From the NCBI GenBank assembly GCA_963663765.2, contig CAXXUA010000002.1, positions 64,001 through 128,000 of the forward strand: 64,000 bases of DNA, written 5' to 3'. This document shows positions 49,980-62,605 of this stretch, piece by piece. This DNA comes from Candidatus Poribacteria bacterium. Lineage in GTDB: Bacteria; Poribacteria; WGA-4E; WGA-3G. Numbering within the stretch: position 1 is the first letter of the stretch; each line of letters starts with the position of its first letter. The notes below the pieces were generated by a model, which was not told the origin of the DNA, did no database searches, and saw only the letters and a program-made list of their open reading frames with translations. Position numbers and translations under genes: made by a program.

Positions 49980-52670
49980 TTAGCGTCCGTGACATTTTTT
50001 GAATTTTTTACCACTACCACAAGGACAAGGTGCGTTTCTTCCCACTTTTGGCATGTTTCCCATTGCCTCTTGTGATGCGAATTCTGCTGCACTTCTACTA
50101 TCTTGAGGTCTGGTTCTTTGAGGAGGTGTGCGACGTGATCGCGCTGGCTGTCTGTTCGGCATGCGACGTGGTGCTTCTACATTAACACGCGATTTGAAGA
50201 TATACTCACTGACTTCTCTCTCAATGGTTTGATACATGGACTCAAAAATACCAAGTGCTTCACTCTTGAATACCACAATTGGATCTTTCCCGCCGTAGCC
50301 AGATAACCTAATCTCCTGTTCAATAAATTCAATGTTGTAAAGGTGATCTTTCCAATGATGATCAATTCTATCTAAGAGCAGTAACCTTTCAAGTAACCGC
50401 ATTTTCTCTGAACTCATTTCTGTTTCACGACTTTCATATAATACCTCGAGTTCTGACAAGATTTGCTCATGAAGATCTTCTGGTGCAATTTCATTTAGAG
50501 GTGTTCCATAAGATGGTGTGATAGAAAATGTAGTTGTCATCCATTTTGTAAATTGTTCTATTTCTTCTTCCGCTCTTGGTCCTTTCTCAGGTATAAATTC
50601 GCTAATCCTATCATAAACCACATTATCAATCATTTCCCATACAGTATCTTTTGGATTTTCTTCAGCAATAATTGAGTCTCTTAATGAATAGATCGTGCTA
50701 CGTTGTGCATCCATGACATCATCATATTTGAGAATATTCTTCCTAATATCAAAGTTCATCTGTTCCACGCGAGTTTGTGCTTTCTCAATTGATTTTGTAA
50801 TCCAAGGGTGTTCAATCGGAATGGTATCATCCTTTGCCACCCGTTCCATAAAACCGTGTAGTCTTTCTGAACCGAATTTTTTCATCAAGTCATCTTCAAG
50901 CGATAGGTAGAACCGTGATGAACCTGGATCACCTTGTCTTCCTGCACGACCCCGCAATTGATTGTCTATCCGTCGGGAATCATGACGTTCTGTTCCAACG
51001 ATGTGCAGTCCACCTGCTTTTAGTACTTTCTCTCGGTCTGCATTACAGATTGCTTCTGCTTCAGCCAATGCTGCTGCATACTCCTCAGACTCTGGTGTCA
51101 ACTCATTTATATCAATCTTTTTCTTACGAAGTGCGTCTTTTGCTAAACCTTCAGGATTACCTCCAAGTAAAATGTCAACACCTCTACCCGCCATGTTGGT
51201 AGCAATCGTAACTGACCCTGGTATTCCTGCTTGTGCAATGATATCTGCTTCACGTGCGTGTTCCTTTGCATTTAAGATTTGGTGCTTGATATTCTTGTGT
51301 CTTGATCTGAGAAGTTTACTTAATTTTTCTGAGTTTTCAATGGAAATTGTACCTACAAGCACAGGTCGTCCGTTTTCGGTCTGTTCAACGATATCATCCA
51401 AAACAGCCGTATATTTTGCTTCCTCAGACCTATAGATTTGGTCTGGGTGATCCATCCGTATCATCGGTTCATTTGTTGGAACCACGACGACATCTAACCT
51501 GTAGATGTGGGCAAATTCTTCTGCTTCTGTTGCAGCCGTACCCGTCATACCAGCAAGTTTGTCGTACATTCTGAAATAGTTTTGGTAAGTTATCTTCGCA
51601 AAAGTTTCATCCTCTTGTGCAATACTAACCCGTTCTTTCGCTTCAATGGCTTGATGCAGCCCTTCTGTTAGACGACGACCAACCAACTTTCTACCAGTAA
51701 ATTCATCTATGAGTAATACCTCACTGTTTTCAACAAGGTAGTCTATGTCGCGTTTGTAGAGATGATGTGAAACCAATGATTGCTGAATATGATGTACCAT
51801 CATGACATTATTGTGATCATATAAATTTTCTATACCGAGACGCTGCTGTACTTCTTCAATACCGTCATCTGTCAGATGCACAGTCCCACGAGATTTTCCC
51901 TTCTGGTCAATCTCATAATGTTCTTCGTTTTTGAGTTGTGTCACAACACTATTGATTCTGCGATAGAGTTCTGCGGGTTTATCGGAAGGGTCGGAAATAA
52001 TCAATGGTGTACGTGCTTCGTCAATAAGGATACTATCAACTTCGTCAAGAATCGCATAAGTGTGACCGCGTTGCAATTTTGTTTCCATTACATGTGCACG
52101 GTTATCGTTCAGATAATCAAATCCGAACTGACTATGAACTCCATATATGATATCCATTTTATATGACATTTTTTTCTGTTCGTGTGGCATGCGGTTCAAT
52201 GTCAAACCGACAGACATACCAAGAAAGTTATATATCTGTCCCATCCATTCTGCATCACGACGTGCCAGATAATCATTGACGGTTGCAAGGTGTACACCTT
52301 TACCTGTCAGCGCATTCAGATAAACTGCAAGAGTAGATGTTAGGGTCTTACCTTCCCCTGTTCTCATCTCAGCAATACATCCTTGATGGAGTGCGGCACC
52401 ACCTATAATTTGAACATCGTAATGCCTTTGACTTAATGTGCGTATTGCTGTTTCGCGCACTACAGCGAACGCTTCGGGTAAAAGTGCATCAAGAGGTTCA
52501 CCAGCGTCTAACCGTTGACGAAAGTAGGGAGTTTTTGCTTGCAACTGTGCATCAGAAAGTTTTTTTGTCTCCGCTTCACGTTGATTGACAGCTTCTACGA
52601 TATCCCGATAACGTTTGACATCGCGATCTTCCTTGCTACCAAAAACCTTTGTCATTACTTTTTCAAACAT
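49980..52670 (-). CDS. secA: Preprotein translocase subunit SecA
   Basis: [43 protein letters not shown] motif [13 protein letters not shown]. Confidence 0.97.
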   Translation of the reverse strand: MFEKVMTKVFGSKEDRDVKRYRDIVEAVNQREAETKKLSDAQLQAKTPYFRQRLDAGEPLDALLPEAFAVVRETAIRTLSQRHYDVQIIGGAALHQGCIAEMRTGEGKTLTSTLAVYLNALTGKGVHLATVNDYLARRDAEWMGQIYNFLGMSVGLTLNRMPHEQKKMSYKMDIIYGVHSQFGFDYLNDNRAHVMETKLQRGHTYAILDEVDSILIDEARTPLIISDPSDKPAELYRRINSVVTQLKNEEHYEIDQKGKSRGTVHLTDDGIEEVQQRLGIENLYDHNNVMMVHHIQQSLVSHHLYKRDIDYLVENSEVLLIDEFTGRKLVGRRLTEGLHQAIEAKERVSIAQEDETFAKITYQNYFRMYDKLAGMTGTAATEAEEFAHIYRLDVVVVPTNEPMIRMDHPDQIYRSEEAKYTAVLDDIVEQTENGRPVLVGTISIENSEKLSKLLRSRHKNIKHQILNAKEHAREADIIAQAGIPGSVTIATNMAGRGVDILLGGNPEGLAKDALRKKKIDINELTPESEEYAAALAEAEAICNADREKVLKAGGLHIVGTERHDSRRIDNQLRGRAGRQGDPGSSRFYLSLEDDLMKKFGSERLHGFMERVAKDDTIPIEHPWITKSIEKAQTRVEQMNFDIRKNILKYDDVMDAQRSTIYSLRDSIIAEENPKDTVWEMIDNVVYDRISEFIPEKGPRAEEEIEQFTKWMTTTFSITPSYGTPLNEIAPEDLHEQILSELEVLYESRETEMSSEKMRLLERLLLLDRIDHHWKDHLYNIEFIEQEIRLSGYGGKDPIVVFKSEALGIFESMYQTIEREVSEYIFKSRVNVEAPRRMPNRQPARSRRTPPQRTRPQDSRSAAEFASQEAMGNMPKVGRNAPCPCGSGKKFKKCHGR

Positions 52671-52772
52671 TATATTATAAGAATATATCAAACAATGTTA
52701 ATGATTCATCTCATTTTACATTATTCATGTGTTAATTCTACACATTAACTACAATGATGCACCTGTTTAATA

Positions 52773-53936
52773 TCATTCATCTCCTGTATCTTGTGGTTGT
52801 GACTCTTCTAATGCTGTCGTTTCCGTTTTATCTAAGACATTGTCTCCTTCAACGTGATTCCGTACAATTGAATATATTATAGTTGTGCCAACTGATGCCA
52901 AAGAGAAAAGATAAGCCATAACACTACTAATTACACATATCAGTGTAATTGTAATAAATATTGCACTAATGGTTACTGGATAAGAGGTAATAGGAGGCAT
53001 GGCAATATCAGTACCAATGAAAGGAATACCATTTTCAAAGAAAATACTAACGATTTTTTCAACCGAACTACTTAACCATTTTAATGCGTTCCCTAACCAC
53101 TTGTTTGTTAGTCCTATAGAACCTTGAATTACTTCAGGATGTAGACCATGTATGGGTAATATTGCGATCAAAAAACCAGCAAAGCAAAACACTATCCAAA
53201 ACGGCAAGAGCATTAGTTTTAAGACAAACAAAAGAATACCATAACCTATCAGTCGCCAAGGCTGATTCCATAGAATTGCAAATATCTGATAGAGTGTTTC
53301 AAACGCATCAGCACCTGTGGTTGCAACAATTGCTGGAACAAAAAACAAGCTGCAGATACATGCAACTGCTAATAATGCAATAAGTAGTCCAAGTAAAAAA
53401 CCGAGAGGTGTAAAGAGGGAAGAAAAGACCAGAATCGGTTGACCGATCATCGGGATCTTTCCAAGCAATGCGATGGTAACTGGAATCAGCAATAGAAGGA
53501 GTATTAAGAAAGGTAATCCGATAAACACACCTAATACAGTTTTCCATTTCTCTTTGATGAAATGCAGTGAATTACCAACTGAAAAGAAAACATCACCACG
53601 TAATTGCTCAATGGTGATTTTAGATGTCATTGTACTTGTTAGGAAAAAGATTGCTGCGAGTGTTACAAAACCTAACCACATTGCGATTGACGTGATTAGT
53701 GTAACTTCCGAACTCAGAAATGGTGCAACAGGTAATAATCCATAGTCGTTCCAATATGTTTTTATTCCTGCGCCACCTGAAATCACGAGGCTTAAATATA
53801 CTAAAGATTCATAGATTAGGTAACCGAGTAATAGCCCTATTAAGTGAACGCTTATCTTACGTCCACTAAAACCTAAGCGGCTAATTTTGAAAATATCTCG
53901 GTAATTGAAGTGAAATTTATCCATGTTGTTCGCCAC
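52773..53936 (-). CDS. Multi-pass membrane protein of unknown function
   Basis: Long ORF with several hydrophobic segments. Confidence 0.75.
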   Translation of the reverse strand: MANNMDKFHFNYRDIFKISRLGFSGRKISVHLIGLLLGYLIYESLVYLSLVISGGAGIKTYWNDYGLLPVAPFLSSEVTLITSIAMWLGFVTLAAIFFLTSTMTSKITIEQLRGDVFFSVGNSLHFIKEKWKTVLGVFIGLPFLILLLLLIPVTIALLGKIPMIGQPILVFSSLFTPLGFLLGLLIALLAVACICSLFFVPAIVATTGADAFETLYQIFAILWNQPWRLIGYGILLFVLKLMLLPFWIVFCFAGFLIAILPIHGLHPEVIQGSIGLTNKWLGNALKWLSSSVEKIVSIFFENGIPFIGTDIAMPPITSYPVTISAIFITITLICVISSVMAYLFSLASVGTTIIYSIVRNHVEGDNVLDKTETTALEESQPQDTGDE

Positions 53937-54182
53937 ATTTCTTGATGATAATTCTTGAACTATTAATGCCCGTTCGTGAGTTGACTAGAACTATATTCAG
54001 GTGGAAAAGTCTTTCGTATATCTCACTTATAATACCATAATTAACCATTTTCTGTCAAATAATTTTGGAGAAGAAGTTTGTAAAGTTTTTTGCAGACAAA
54101 ATTGCAGATTACGTTGATAAGACAGGAACCTACCGTATTTTGTCTGAATCACAGAGGACACAAAAAACGCGGAATGTGTTTT

Positions 54183-54652
54183 TTATGCTTCATTTCCCCT
54201 CCTGGTAGGAGCGACATCCTGGTCGCGACTTATGCCTCATTTCCCCTCCTGGTAGGAGCGACCTCCTGGTCGCGACTTATACCTCATTTCCCCTCCTGGT
54301 AGGAGCGACATCCTGGTCGCGACTTATGCCTCATTTCCCCTCCTGGTAGGAGTGACCTCCTGGTCGCGACTTATGCCTCATTTCCCCTCCTGGTAGGAGC
54401 GACATCCTGGTCGCGACTTATGCCTCATTTCCCCTCCTGGTAGGAGCGACATCCTGGTCGCGACTTATGCCTCATTTCCCCTCCTGGTAGGAGCGACATC
54501 CTGGTCGCGACTTATGCCTCATTTCCCCTCCTGGTAGGAGCGACATCCTGGTCGCGACTTATGCCTCATTTCCCCTCCTGGTAGGAGCGACATCCTGGTC
54601 GCGACTTATGCCTCATTTCCCCTCCTGGTAGGAGCGACCTCCTGGTCGCGAC
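54183..54652. repeat. Tandem array of 10 x 47-bp REP-containing units within a degenerate GTAAAGTTTT-ended MITE (~54076-54797)
   Basis: Unit TTATGCCTCATTTCCCCTCCTGGTAGGAGCGAC(A/C)TCCTGGTCGCGAC; no unique spacers. Confidence 0.95.
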
Positions 54653-54865
54653 CGTATGGACACTATGAATCAAAACAGTCGTGAGTTGATTGTCATACCT
54701 ACCAACACGAGCAGAAACACCCGATAGGGTAATTTGGAGCACTTGATAATCCTGAAAATCCTGGTTCAGGCAAATACCAAAAAACTTTACACATCCTTTA
54801 TATTGTGAATCCATCCAAAATTATGGTATTCTTTTAAAACATTACTATATTAGGAGTTGGAATTA

Positions 54866-55612
54866 ATGAAACCTGTTATAGCAATTACGTGTAAATACCC
54901 TTCAGCGATGCATAACTATATTGATGCTGTCAACGAGTTTGGAGGAAATCCTTATGTCATCGGTTCTTTAGAAAGAACAGTACCCGAACATCTAATTGCA
55001 ATACCTGAGTATTTAAAAAATATAGATGGACTCCTATTACCAGGTGGCGGTGACATCAATCCATGTATTTACTTTCAAGAACGGGATAAATTCATGGATT
55101 GGAATGGGACAGAGATAGAAATGGAGGTTAACAATGAAGTTAGTAGATCACGTGATGCATTAGAATTAAGGCTATGTCAAGAGGCTTTGAAAACCGATAT
55201 ACCTGTTTTCGGTATATGTCGCGGAATACAAGTTATGAATGTTGCTATGGGAGGAAACCTATATCAACATACACCTTTACAAGTTCAAAATCCACTACCG
55301 CACAAAGACGTTGAGACAGGTGATGACACACAACATATAATTGAGATAGATTCTAATAGTAGACTTCGCGAAATCGTTGGGACAAATCATGATCTCGTCA
55401 ACTCATCACATCATCAATCAGTAGACCTAATTGCTAATGAATTTGTCATCACTGCAAGGTCGGAGGATGGTGTAATTGAGGCAATAGAAAATCCATCAAA
55501 AAGGTTTGTGATTGGTGTTCAATACCATCCGGAACGAATGAGAGAGAATGAGAAATTCCTTGAACACAGACGCAAACTCTTTGAAGCATTCATTAGGACA
55601 GCAAAAAGATAA
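54866..55612 (+). CDS. Peptidase C26 / gamma-glutamyl-gamma-aminobutyrate hydrolase family (class I glutamine amidotransferase)
   Basis: LLPGGGDI, GICRGIQ, VNSSHHQ, GVQYHPE. Confidence 0.9.
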   Translation: MKPVIAITCKYPSAMHNYIDAVNEFGGNPYVIGSLERTVPEHLIAIPEYLKNIDGLLLPGGGDINPCIYFQERDKFMDWNGTEIEMEVNNEVSRSRDALELRLCQEALKTDIPVFGICRGIQVMNVAMGGNLYQHTPLQVQNPLPHKDVETGDDTQHIIEIDSNSRLREIVGTNHDLVNSSHHQSVDLIANEFVITARSEDGVIEAIENPSKRFVIGVQYHPERMRENEKFLEHRRKLFEAFIRTAKR

Positions 55613-55632
55613 TCGCATAAACAGATATAATA

Positions 55633-55662
55633 AAGGTCTGGCAACCTACATGACCAGACCTT
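55633..55662. terminator. Hairpin between convergent genes
   Basis: AAGGTCTGG...CCAGACCTT. Confidence 0.45.
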
Positions 55663-55689
55663 CAAACCATAATGTAAGTACTGGCAAAA

Positions 55690-56631
55690 CTAAAAATTCG
55701 CAAGCAATGAGAAACGGTGGGTTACACCCAATTCACCGAAAGGCACTACAGCATAGTCAACTTGGAATCTTCGCAACGTCAACCCAAACCCCCCTCTGAG
55801 TCCTGAAGTTGCACCTAAATCGTTTCCACCAAATTTATAGATATATCCTGTCCGAAGTTGTAAGATGCTTGCGATAGAATATCCTGCACCGACAGCCATG
55901 GAATTGTCGTTGTCTGTAGGACGAATGAAATCCATCGTTAAAATTGCTGTATCTTTCAAAAGTCTATACGCAGTCCCGATTCTCAATGTAAAAGGTAGTT
56001 CAAACGCGTCCTCAACATACTGTACACGCGGTCCTATATGTTGCGCGTTGATACCGATAGAGAGTGGAAAATCTGAAAAATTATATAATCCACCAAGATC
56101 AAAAGCAATTCCGCTACCACTATCTTCAGCAATCTGTTCTCGCAATACTTTCGCGTTCACTCCTAATGCTAACGTCTCACCGATATTGCGTGCATACGAT
56201 ACAGCTACAGCAAGATCATAAGGACGGAAAATCGCTGTTTCATTCCCTTCTTGATCGCGTCCTTGTATCTCACCAAATGACAAGAAATTCGCACTGGCTC
56301 CGACTGTATTATTTCCTATTGGAAAAGCAATTCCAACAAACTCGTGATTTATTTCTGCAAACCATTCATTATGCATCAGCGCAAGTTGTGGCTTTTGTAG
56401 CGCACCTAAACCGGCAGGATTCCAGAATGATGCGTAAAGGTCGTTAGTTGCAGCCACCTGTGCTTCTCCCATACCCATGGCTTTTGCTCCAACACCTATT
56501 TTCAGAAAGGTCATGGCACGAGTACCTGCGTTCTCATGAATGTCTGAACTGTCTGCAGACACATGAGTGCAAATTAGGATAAGTACGACAATGAAAAAAG
56601 AATGTAATGTAAGGTTTGTATAGGGGTTCAT
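55690..56631 (-). CDS. PorV/PorQ-like (UPF0164) outer-membrane beta-barrel
   Basis: FLKIGVGAKAMGMGEA, FWNPAGL, DLGGLY, LGVTHRFSL..F. Confidence 0.8.
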   Translation of the reverse strand: MNPYTNLTLHSFFIVVLILICTHVSADSSDIHENAGTRAMTFLKIGVGAKAMGMGEAQVAATNDLYASFWNPAGLGALQKPQLALMHNEWFAEINHEFVGIAFPIGNNTVGASANFLSFGEIQGRDQEGNETAIFRPYDLAVAVSYARNIGETLALGVNAKVLREQIAEDSGSGIAFDLGGLYNFSDFPLSIGINAQHIGPRVQYVEDAFELPFTLRIGTAYRLLKDTAILTMDFIRPTDNDNSMAVGAGYSIASILQLRTGYIYKFGGNDLGATSGLRGGFGLTLRRFQVDYAVVPFGELGVTHRFSLLANF

Positions 56632-56878
56632 AAATGTTTCTTTTTCTGTTTATTTATCTATTTCTTTGGATAACAGATGTATTGATATAAAAACTATTTT
56701 TCTATTTGCGTTGAATATAGTATCATATCAGACTGCAAAATTCAAGGCGAATTAATATGTTACGTATGTACATATTCTCTTATGTTTTCACCTTGAAAAA
56801 TTAAGTTAATTATCCTATAATTCACCATAGGCTTGCATGTATCAATTATATGTTACAACCCTAATAGGAGAAACAATC

Positions 56879-58753
56879 GTGTGTTCTCAAGATGCGGTAG
56901 ATCAACAATTCTATGAAGCAGTCGATTCACTTGTTAATAGGATACAGGAAGATCCGAATATCATTGCTGCCATGGTTGCTGGTAGTTTCTCTTATGCACA
57001 GGTGTGGGAAAAGTCAGATTTAGATGTTGAAATTATAGGGAAAGACGGAATTCGTCCAACGAATTCATTCTTCTCACTTGTAGAAAATGGCGTGAATATT
57101 CATGCAAGTTTGACACCGCGTAGTTCATTTAAGCAGTCAATAGAACGTGCTCAACAGGGATCATTCATGCATTCCTATTTCTCACACAGCACACTCTTAT
57201 TTTCTAAGGATGATTCAATTGAGGAATGGTATGATAAGAACGCAAGTCGGGATAGCATCGGTGAACGTGATAAGCAGCTGCAAGTGTTAAACGTGATTGC
57301 TGAGACACTACCAACGCTTGTTTATGCAGAGAAACAGTTTTATATCAATAATGATATACAAATAGCATTCTTGGCTCTTCTGACTGTTGTGGAAGGATTA
57401 GCTCGAATAGAAGTACTACTAAACAACGAAATCCCTGCGCGTGAAGTCATCCAACCCGCACTCAAATACAATCCGAAATTCTTCAAACACGTTTATACCG
57501 ATCTCATCAACTGCGAGAAGACTGAAGTAGCGATACAAGATGCAATTGATGCTATCAATGATTACATAGATGAACGTCAGTATATTTTTCAACCGATACT
57601 GGATTACCTTACAGAACAGAAAGGGGCGCGGTCTAATTCAGAGATGAACGCATTTTTTCATTCAAAATTTCGGGATGCTTCGGTTGATACGATCTGTCAA
57701 TGGTTGGCTTGGAAAGGGATCATCCAACAGGTTTCTGCACCAATGAAACTGACTGTAAAGAGTCAAATTGCCATTGAAGAACCAGCTTATTTATATGATA
57801 AGTCTGAACCAGAAATACACACACCACGTTTAAAATCTGAAATTCACTCTGATATTGAAATTGCAGTAGAAAGTTTTACAGACACTATTGTGGGGGATCG
57901 TTATGTCGTTGCAGCAATTCTAACAAGCAATTTAGCAGAGGACAACGTGTGGGAAAAGACAAATGTATATATTACATTGATCATGAGAGATGGAACAAAG
58001 TTTCATCAAAGAGAATGTCAACTCATTGAAGAGGGTATACCTATTCGTGTACGACTATATACACGAAGTGATTATAAGAGTCTGTTGGAAAGAAATCTAC
58101 AGGGGAGTTTTTTCCACTATACACTCTCACAAGGTGAAATCCTATTTACAAAAGATCCAACGATTAAGGAACTTCATAAAGACCTTGATGTCATTGGTGA
58201 TCGTGATAGACAATCCCAATTGTTCAACGCTGCAAGCAGTGTAACAACGGTGCTTGCGAAAGCAGAAAAATGGTTCTATGTTAAGAAGGATTATGATTAT
58301 ACGTTTTACTATCTAATGTATGCAGTGAGAGAATTAGCGCGTATTGAAGCATTTAGACATGGTGAGGTCCCCAAACGAAACGCGATCTATCAAGCACTCA
58401 AGCACAATCCGAAGTTTTTTAATGCTATCTTTACAGATATTCTGAATATTCCCAAAGATGAGAAGGTACTTGGGGAAGTTTTAGACCAGATAGACACATA
58501 CTTAGAAGAAAATGTGACTACATTCTTTAAACCGTTACTTGATTTTTTGGAAGATTCTGGTGGGGAGTGTTCTCTATCGGATATATATGATCATTTTGGA
58601 CATCGTCAATTATGGATTGTAATGGCATGTGAATGGCTTGCTCAGAAGGAAATCCTTGAGCAATTTGCATCACCAATCAGCTTAACTAAGGACAGTAAAA
58701 TTTCTGTAGAGGAACCCTCATATTTCTATGATGTAGAGAATCCGTTTCTATAA
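56879..58753 (+). CDS. Internally duplicated nucleotidyltransferase-fold protein
   Basis: GSFSYAQVWEKSDLD in the first half; homologous second half; both end in EEP.Y.YD; AGGAG RBS before GTG 56879. Confidence 0.7.
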   Translation: MCSQDAVDQQFYEAVDSLVNRIQEDPNIIAAMVAGSFSYAQVWEKSDLDVEIIGKDGIRPTNSFFSLVENGVNIHASLTPRSSFKQSIERAQQGSFMHSYFSHSTLLFSKDDSIEEWYDKNASRDSIGERDKQLQVLNVIAETLPTLVYAEKQFYINNDIQIAFLALLTVVEGLARIEVLLNNEIPAREVIQPALKYNPKFFKHVYTDLINCEKTEVAIQDAIDAINDYIDERQYIFQPILDYLTEQKGARSNSEMNAFFHSKFRDASVDTICQWLAWKGIIQQVSAPMKLTVKSQIAIEEPAYLYDKSEPEIHTPRLKSEIHSDIEIAVESFTDTIVGDRYVVAAILTSNLAEDNVWEKTNVYITLIMRDGTKFHQRECQLIEEGIPIRVRLYTRSDYKSLLERNLQGSFFHYTLSQGEILFTKDPTIKELHKDLDVIGDRDRQSQLFNAASSVTTVLAKAEKWFYVKKDYDYTFYYLMYAVRELARIEAFRHGEVPKRNAIYQALKHNPKFFNAIFTDILNIPKDEKVLGEVLDQIDTYLEENVTTFFKPLLDFLEDSGGECSLSDIYDHFGHRQLWIVMACEWLAQKEILEQFASPISLTKDSKISVEEPSYFYDVENPFL

Positions 58754-58792
58754 GGAAAATAACTAAATCTGTGTAAAATCAAGGAGCATAAA

Positions 58793-59184
58793 ATGACTGA
58801 GATAGGCGTTAATGAAGCAAATACCCATTTATCAAACCTTCTGAAGCGGGTTGAAAATGGTGAGAGTTTCTCAATTAAAAATAAAGGAAAAGTGGAAGCA
58901 GTCATGGTGCCATCCTCTGATATTGCAAAAATAGATGCAGATGAAGCATACTCAAGATTAATTGAATTGATAACCGAACCTCCTGTTGGCTCGGTTCAAG
59001 AGGTAATGGTGAGAGTTTCTCAATTAAAAATAAAGGAAAAGTGGTAGCAGTCATGGTGCCATCCTCTGATATTGCAAAAATAGATGCAGATGAAGCATAC
59101 TCAAGATTAATTGAATTGATAACCGAACATCCTGTTGGCTCGGTTCAAGAGGTAATGGAATGGAAGAACGAAGGTCACAGATGA
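58793..59184 (+). pseudogene. Phd/YefM antitoxin with 149-bp tandem duplication (altered C-terminus, stop at 59047)
   Basis: IGVNEANTHLSNLLKRVENGE; repeat at 58856/59005 bounded by AATGG. Confidence 0.8.
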
Positions 59185-59608
59185 TAGTAGTTGATTGTTC
59201 AATTCTAATTTCTGGATTGTTACCGGATGAGACAGAAGTCGAAGGAAACTCCTTTTAGATTACCTTAGGGACGGTGTAACTAGAGCTGTTGTCCCTTCGT
59301 TATGTTATCAGGAAATAAGCAATGTGTTACTAATGGCAAATCGGCGCAACCGTATTAGTCGAGAAGCAATGCTGCAATATCTGAATGTTGTCACTATATT
59401 ACCCATTACAATTGATATTGAGGCGGCGACACAAGGCAACACAATGAAAATGGTTTGGGAATTGGCAGATAAGTACGGATTGACAACTTATGATGCAAGT
59501 TACCTTGAACTTGCTATAAGTAGAGATTTTCCTTTAGCAACCTTAGACGCAGATTTGCATAAAGTTGATGCTGAATTAGATATCGCTTATCAAATTCCAA
59601 TCAATTAG
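59181..59608 (+). pseudogene. VapC/PIN toxin, frameshifted
   Basis: MIVVDCS start overlapping the ancestral antitoxin stop; frameshift near 59250; LTTYDASYLELA, LATLD. Confidence 0.8.
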
Positions 59609-59673
59609 AACGTGTTCATGATATTCAGAGACGAATTTGTTTGTAAAAAATAAAGTTTTCAAGGAGGAAACAC

Positions 59674-62544
59674 ATGAGACAAACGGTCTCAGTTAAAGGA
59701 GCAAGAGAAAATAACCTACAAAATATAGAATTAGAAATTCCCCGCGATCAACTCGTCGTCGTTACAGGCATTAGTGGTTCAGGAAAATCCTCGTTAGCAT
59801 TTGACACCGTTTATGCTGAGGGACAACGTCGTTTCCTTGAATCCATGTCTACTTATGCAAAAAGGTTTATCACGCAGCTGAAAAAACCAGATGTAGATTT
59901 TATAGATGGGTTGTCACCAGTTGTATCAATAGAACAGAAAACGATTACAATGAACCCCCGCTCCACCGTTGGAACAATGACCGATTTACAAGACTACCTA
60001 CGCATGCTTTTCGCGACAATCGGTGTCTCTCATTGTCCCTATTGTGAGAAAGAAATCCCTATACGCACACACCATCATATATTAGAAAAACTCTTATCTC
60101 TGCCGGATAATTCAGAAGTAGAAATTCATGCACCTGTTTTCAAAATCTATGGTGAAGACTATGAATACCTTTTTGATGAAATTAGGACAAAAGGGTGTAG
60201 ACATGTTCGTATAGATGGAGTAGAACACGACATTAGTGAAGAAATAGAATTAGATCAGGACAAAGTTTATGACATACAGGTAATTGTTGATAAGTTTTTC
60301 ATCAAAAAAGATGTTGACAAGCAAGTTTTGGCTGCACTTGAACATGCGATGTTGGTTGGCGAAGGTTTCATGCGTTTTCATGTGGTACCACCAGATGACG
60401 AAGATGTTGATCTTGACGAGTTTCTCAAGGATTTTGGTTGTTCAGAACACGGTGTGTTGATGTGTCAATTGGGACCTCACCACTTTACCTTTAATGAACC
60501 GACTGGGGCATGTATAACTTGTTCGGGGTTGGGTACTTACCTGCAGGTACATCCGAATTTACTTGTGCCGGACAAAACGAGAAGTATTGCAGAAGGTGCG
60601 TTTGTCAAAGAAGCGTTTAACTACGACCCAGATAGGTGGGATGGGCGGATGATGTATAGTCTTGCTCAACATTATAAAATTGATCTGCATAAGCCTTTTG
60701 CTGATCTTTCTGACGAGATAGTGGATATTGTGTTTTATGGTACGCACGGAGATGAATTCCCACTGTGTCAGGCAGAAGATGCTAAACCGATGCAGAAAAG
60801 ACATATCGGCATGCCTGTTCGTTTTGATGGGATTATCACACGTATTGACAGACGTTATCGGCGATATAGAAAACAGGGAGAAGCTCATTCAGGTATGGAA
60901 GAATACCTGCGAAAAGTGATGGTGGAGCATACCTGTCCGGATTGCCATGGATACAAATTGAAACGGCAAAGGTTACTTGTGACTATAGAAGGAAAGACAA
61001 TCCACGATATCGGTGAATTACATTTTGAGCAGCTGCGTGACTTCCTATCCGGAATATCGCACTTTCCTGAAAAACATCGCGAGGCTGGTGAACGTGTTAT
61101 TAGAGAATTAGTTGAACGCATTGAATTACTGCTTGGAATCGGATTGGACTATCTAAATCTCAATCGTAGGTCTGCTACACTTTCAGGTGGAGAATCACAA
61201 CGGATACGACTATCCACACAGATCGGTTCTGGTTTGATGGGTATGCTTTATGTACTTGATGAACCGAGTATTGGCTTGCATCCCAAAGACAATGTAAAAA
61301 TGATTGAGACTTTGCGGAAACTACGAGACATTGGTAATACCGTGATTGTTGTTGAGCATGATGAAAGTACTATACGGGCTGCGGATCATATTATTGAGAT
61401 GGGACCAGGTCCTGGTGTTCATGGTGGACATGTTGTTATTCAAGGTCCGTTTGAAAAGATCATCAAGAGTAATGAATCGTTGACAGGTCTATTTATGAGT
61501 GGAAAACGTGAGATACCAATGCCATTAGAACGCCGCAAACTAAACGGAAAGTTCTTAAAGGTCACTGGTGCCAGAGAAAACAACCTGAAAAATGTCAATG
61601 TGAATATACCGCTGGGAGTATTTATCTGCATCACAGGTACATCTGGATCAGGAAAAAGCACGTTATTGAATGAAATTATATATAAAAAACTTTACTCTAT
61701 CTATCGCGACAGTCGCACACTTTTCGGGGAACACGATGAGCTTGAAGGACACGAAAACATCAGCGACGTAATTAACATTGACCAATCCCCGATAGGTCGT
61801 TCCCCCCGCTCAAATCCTGCGACGTATATCGGTTTCTACGACAATATCCGAAAACTATTTGCGAGTGCACCTGAAGCACAAGCCCGTGGTTATACTGCAT
61901 CCCGATTCAGCTTTAATGTCAAGGGGGGTAGATGTGATGAGTGTAGTGGAGAAGGAACGATTACAACACAACTTCACTTTATGCCTGATGTTGAAGTGAC
62001 ATGTCCGACTTGTAAAGGGGCACGTTACAATGAGGACACACTTGAGGTTACATACAACGGTAAAAATATATCAGATATTCTTGAGATGTCAATTGAAGAT
62101 GGTGTTGAATTCTTCGTTGACCAACGTCTAATTTGTCACAAGTTAGGTGTCATGAACGAACTTGGTCTCGGCTATCTCAAAATTGGACATCCTGCGCCAA
62201 TACTTTCTGGGGGAGAAGCACAACGGATCAAACTCGCAAATGAGCTAAGTAAGATCAAACGTGGCAAACATAAGCTTTACATACTTGATGAACCGACAAC
62301 GGGATTGCACCTTGCCGACATTCAAAAACTATTGGATAGTATTGGACGACTTGTGGATTCTGGACACACGGTGATAGTAATTGAACATCATTTAGATGTG
62401 ATTAAGACAGCAGATTATGTGATAGACTTGGGGCCCGAGGGTGGCCATAAGGGTGGACAGGTCTTAGCCCAAGGCACACCTGAGGAAATTGCAAAAGTCC
62501 GGAAGTCTTTTACTGGACGTTTTCTCAAAGAACATCTGACATAG
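59674..62544 (+). CDS. uvrA: Excinuclease ABC subunit A
   Basis: GARENNL x2, GSGKS x2, LSGGE x2, zinc fingers. Confidence 0.95.
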   Translation: MRQTVSVKGARENNLQNIELEIPRDQLVVVTGISGSGKSSLAFDTVYAEGQRRFLESMSTYAKRFITQLKKPDVDFIDGLSPVVSIEQKTITMNPRSTVGTMTDLQDYLRMLFATIGVSHCPYCEKEIPIRTHHHILEKLLSLPDNSEVEIHAPVFKIYGEDYEYLFDEIRTKGCRHVRIDGVEHDISEEIELDQDKVYDIQVIVDKFFIKKDVDKQVLAALEHAMLVGEGFMRFHVVPPDDEDVDLDEFLKDFGCSEHGVLMCQLGPHHFTFNEPTGACITCSGLGTYLQVHPNLLVPDKTRSIAEGAFVKEAFNYDPDRWDGRMMYSLAQHYKIDLHKPFADLSDEIVDIVFYGTHGDEFPLCQAEDAKPMQKRHIGMPVRFDGIITRIDRRYRRYRKQGEAHSGMEEYLRKVMVEHTCPDCHGYKLKRQRLLVTIEGKTIHDIGELHFEQLRDFLSGISHFPEKHREAGERVIRELVERIELLLGIGLDYLNLNRRSATLSGGESQRIRLSTQIGSGLMGMLYVLDEPSIGLHPKDNVKMIETLRKLRDIGNTVIVVEHDESTIRAADHIIEMGPGPGVHGGHVVIQGPFEKIIKSNESLTGLFMSGKREIPMPLERRKLNGKFLKVTGARENNLKNVNVNIPLGVFICITGTSGSGKSTLLNEIIYKKLYSIYRDSRTLFGEHDELEGHENISDVINIDQSPIGRSPRSNPATYIGFYDNIRKLFASAPEAQARGYTASRFSFNVKGGRCDECSGEGTITTQLHFMPDVEVTCPTCKGARYNEDTLEVTYNGKNISDILEMSIEDGVEFFVDQRLICHKLGVMNELGLGYLKIGHPAPILSGGEAQRIKLANELSKIKRGKHKLYILDEPTTGLHLADIQKLLDSIGRLVDSGHTVIVIEHHLDVIKTADYVIDLGPEGGHKGGQVLAQGTPEEIAKVRKSFTGRFLKEHLT

Positions 62545-62605
62545 TATGGTATTCTGGATGTAACCTAACCATTACTAAACGCTTGATTTTGATGTCTTTT
62601 TCGTT

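Noticed and set aside
54183-54652. CRISPR array
   Set aside because: Units are near-identical end to end with no unique spacers; no cas genes in the window
54566-54814. 82-aa ORF
   Set aside because: Reads through the MITE end and the tandem repeat
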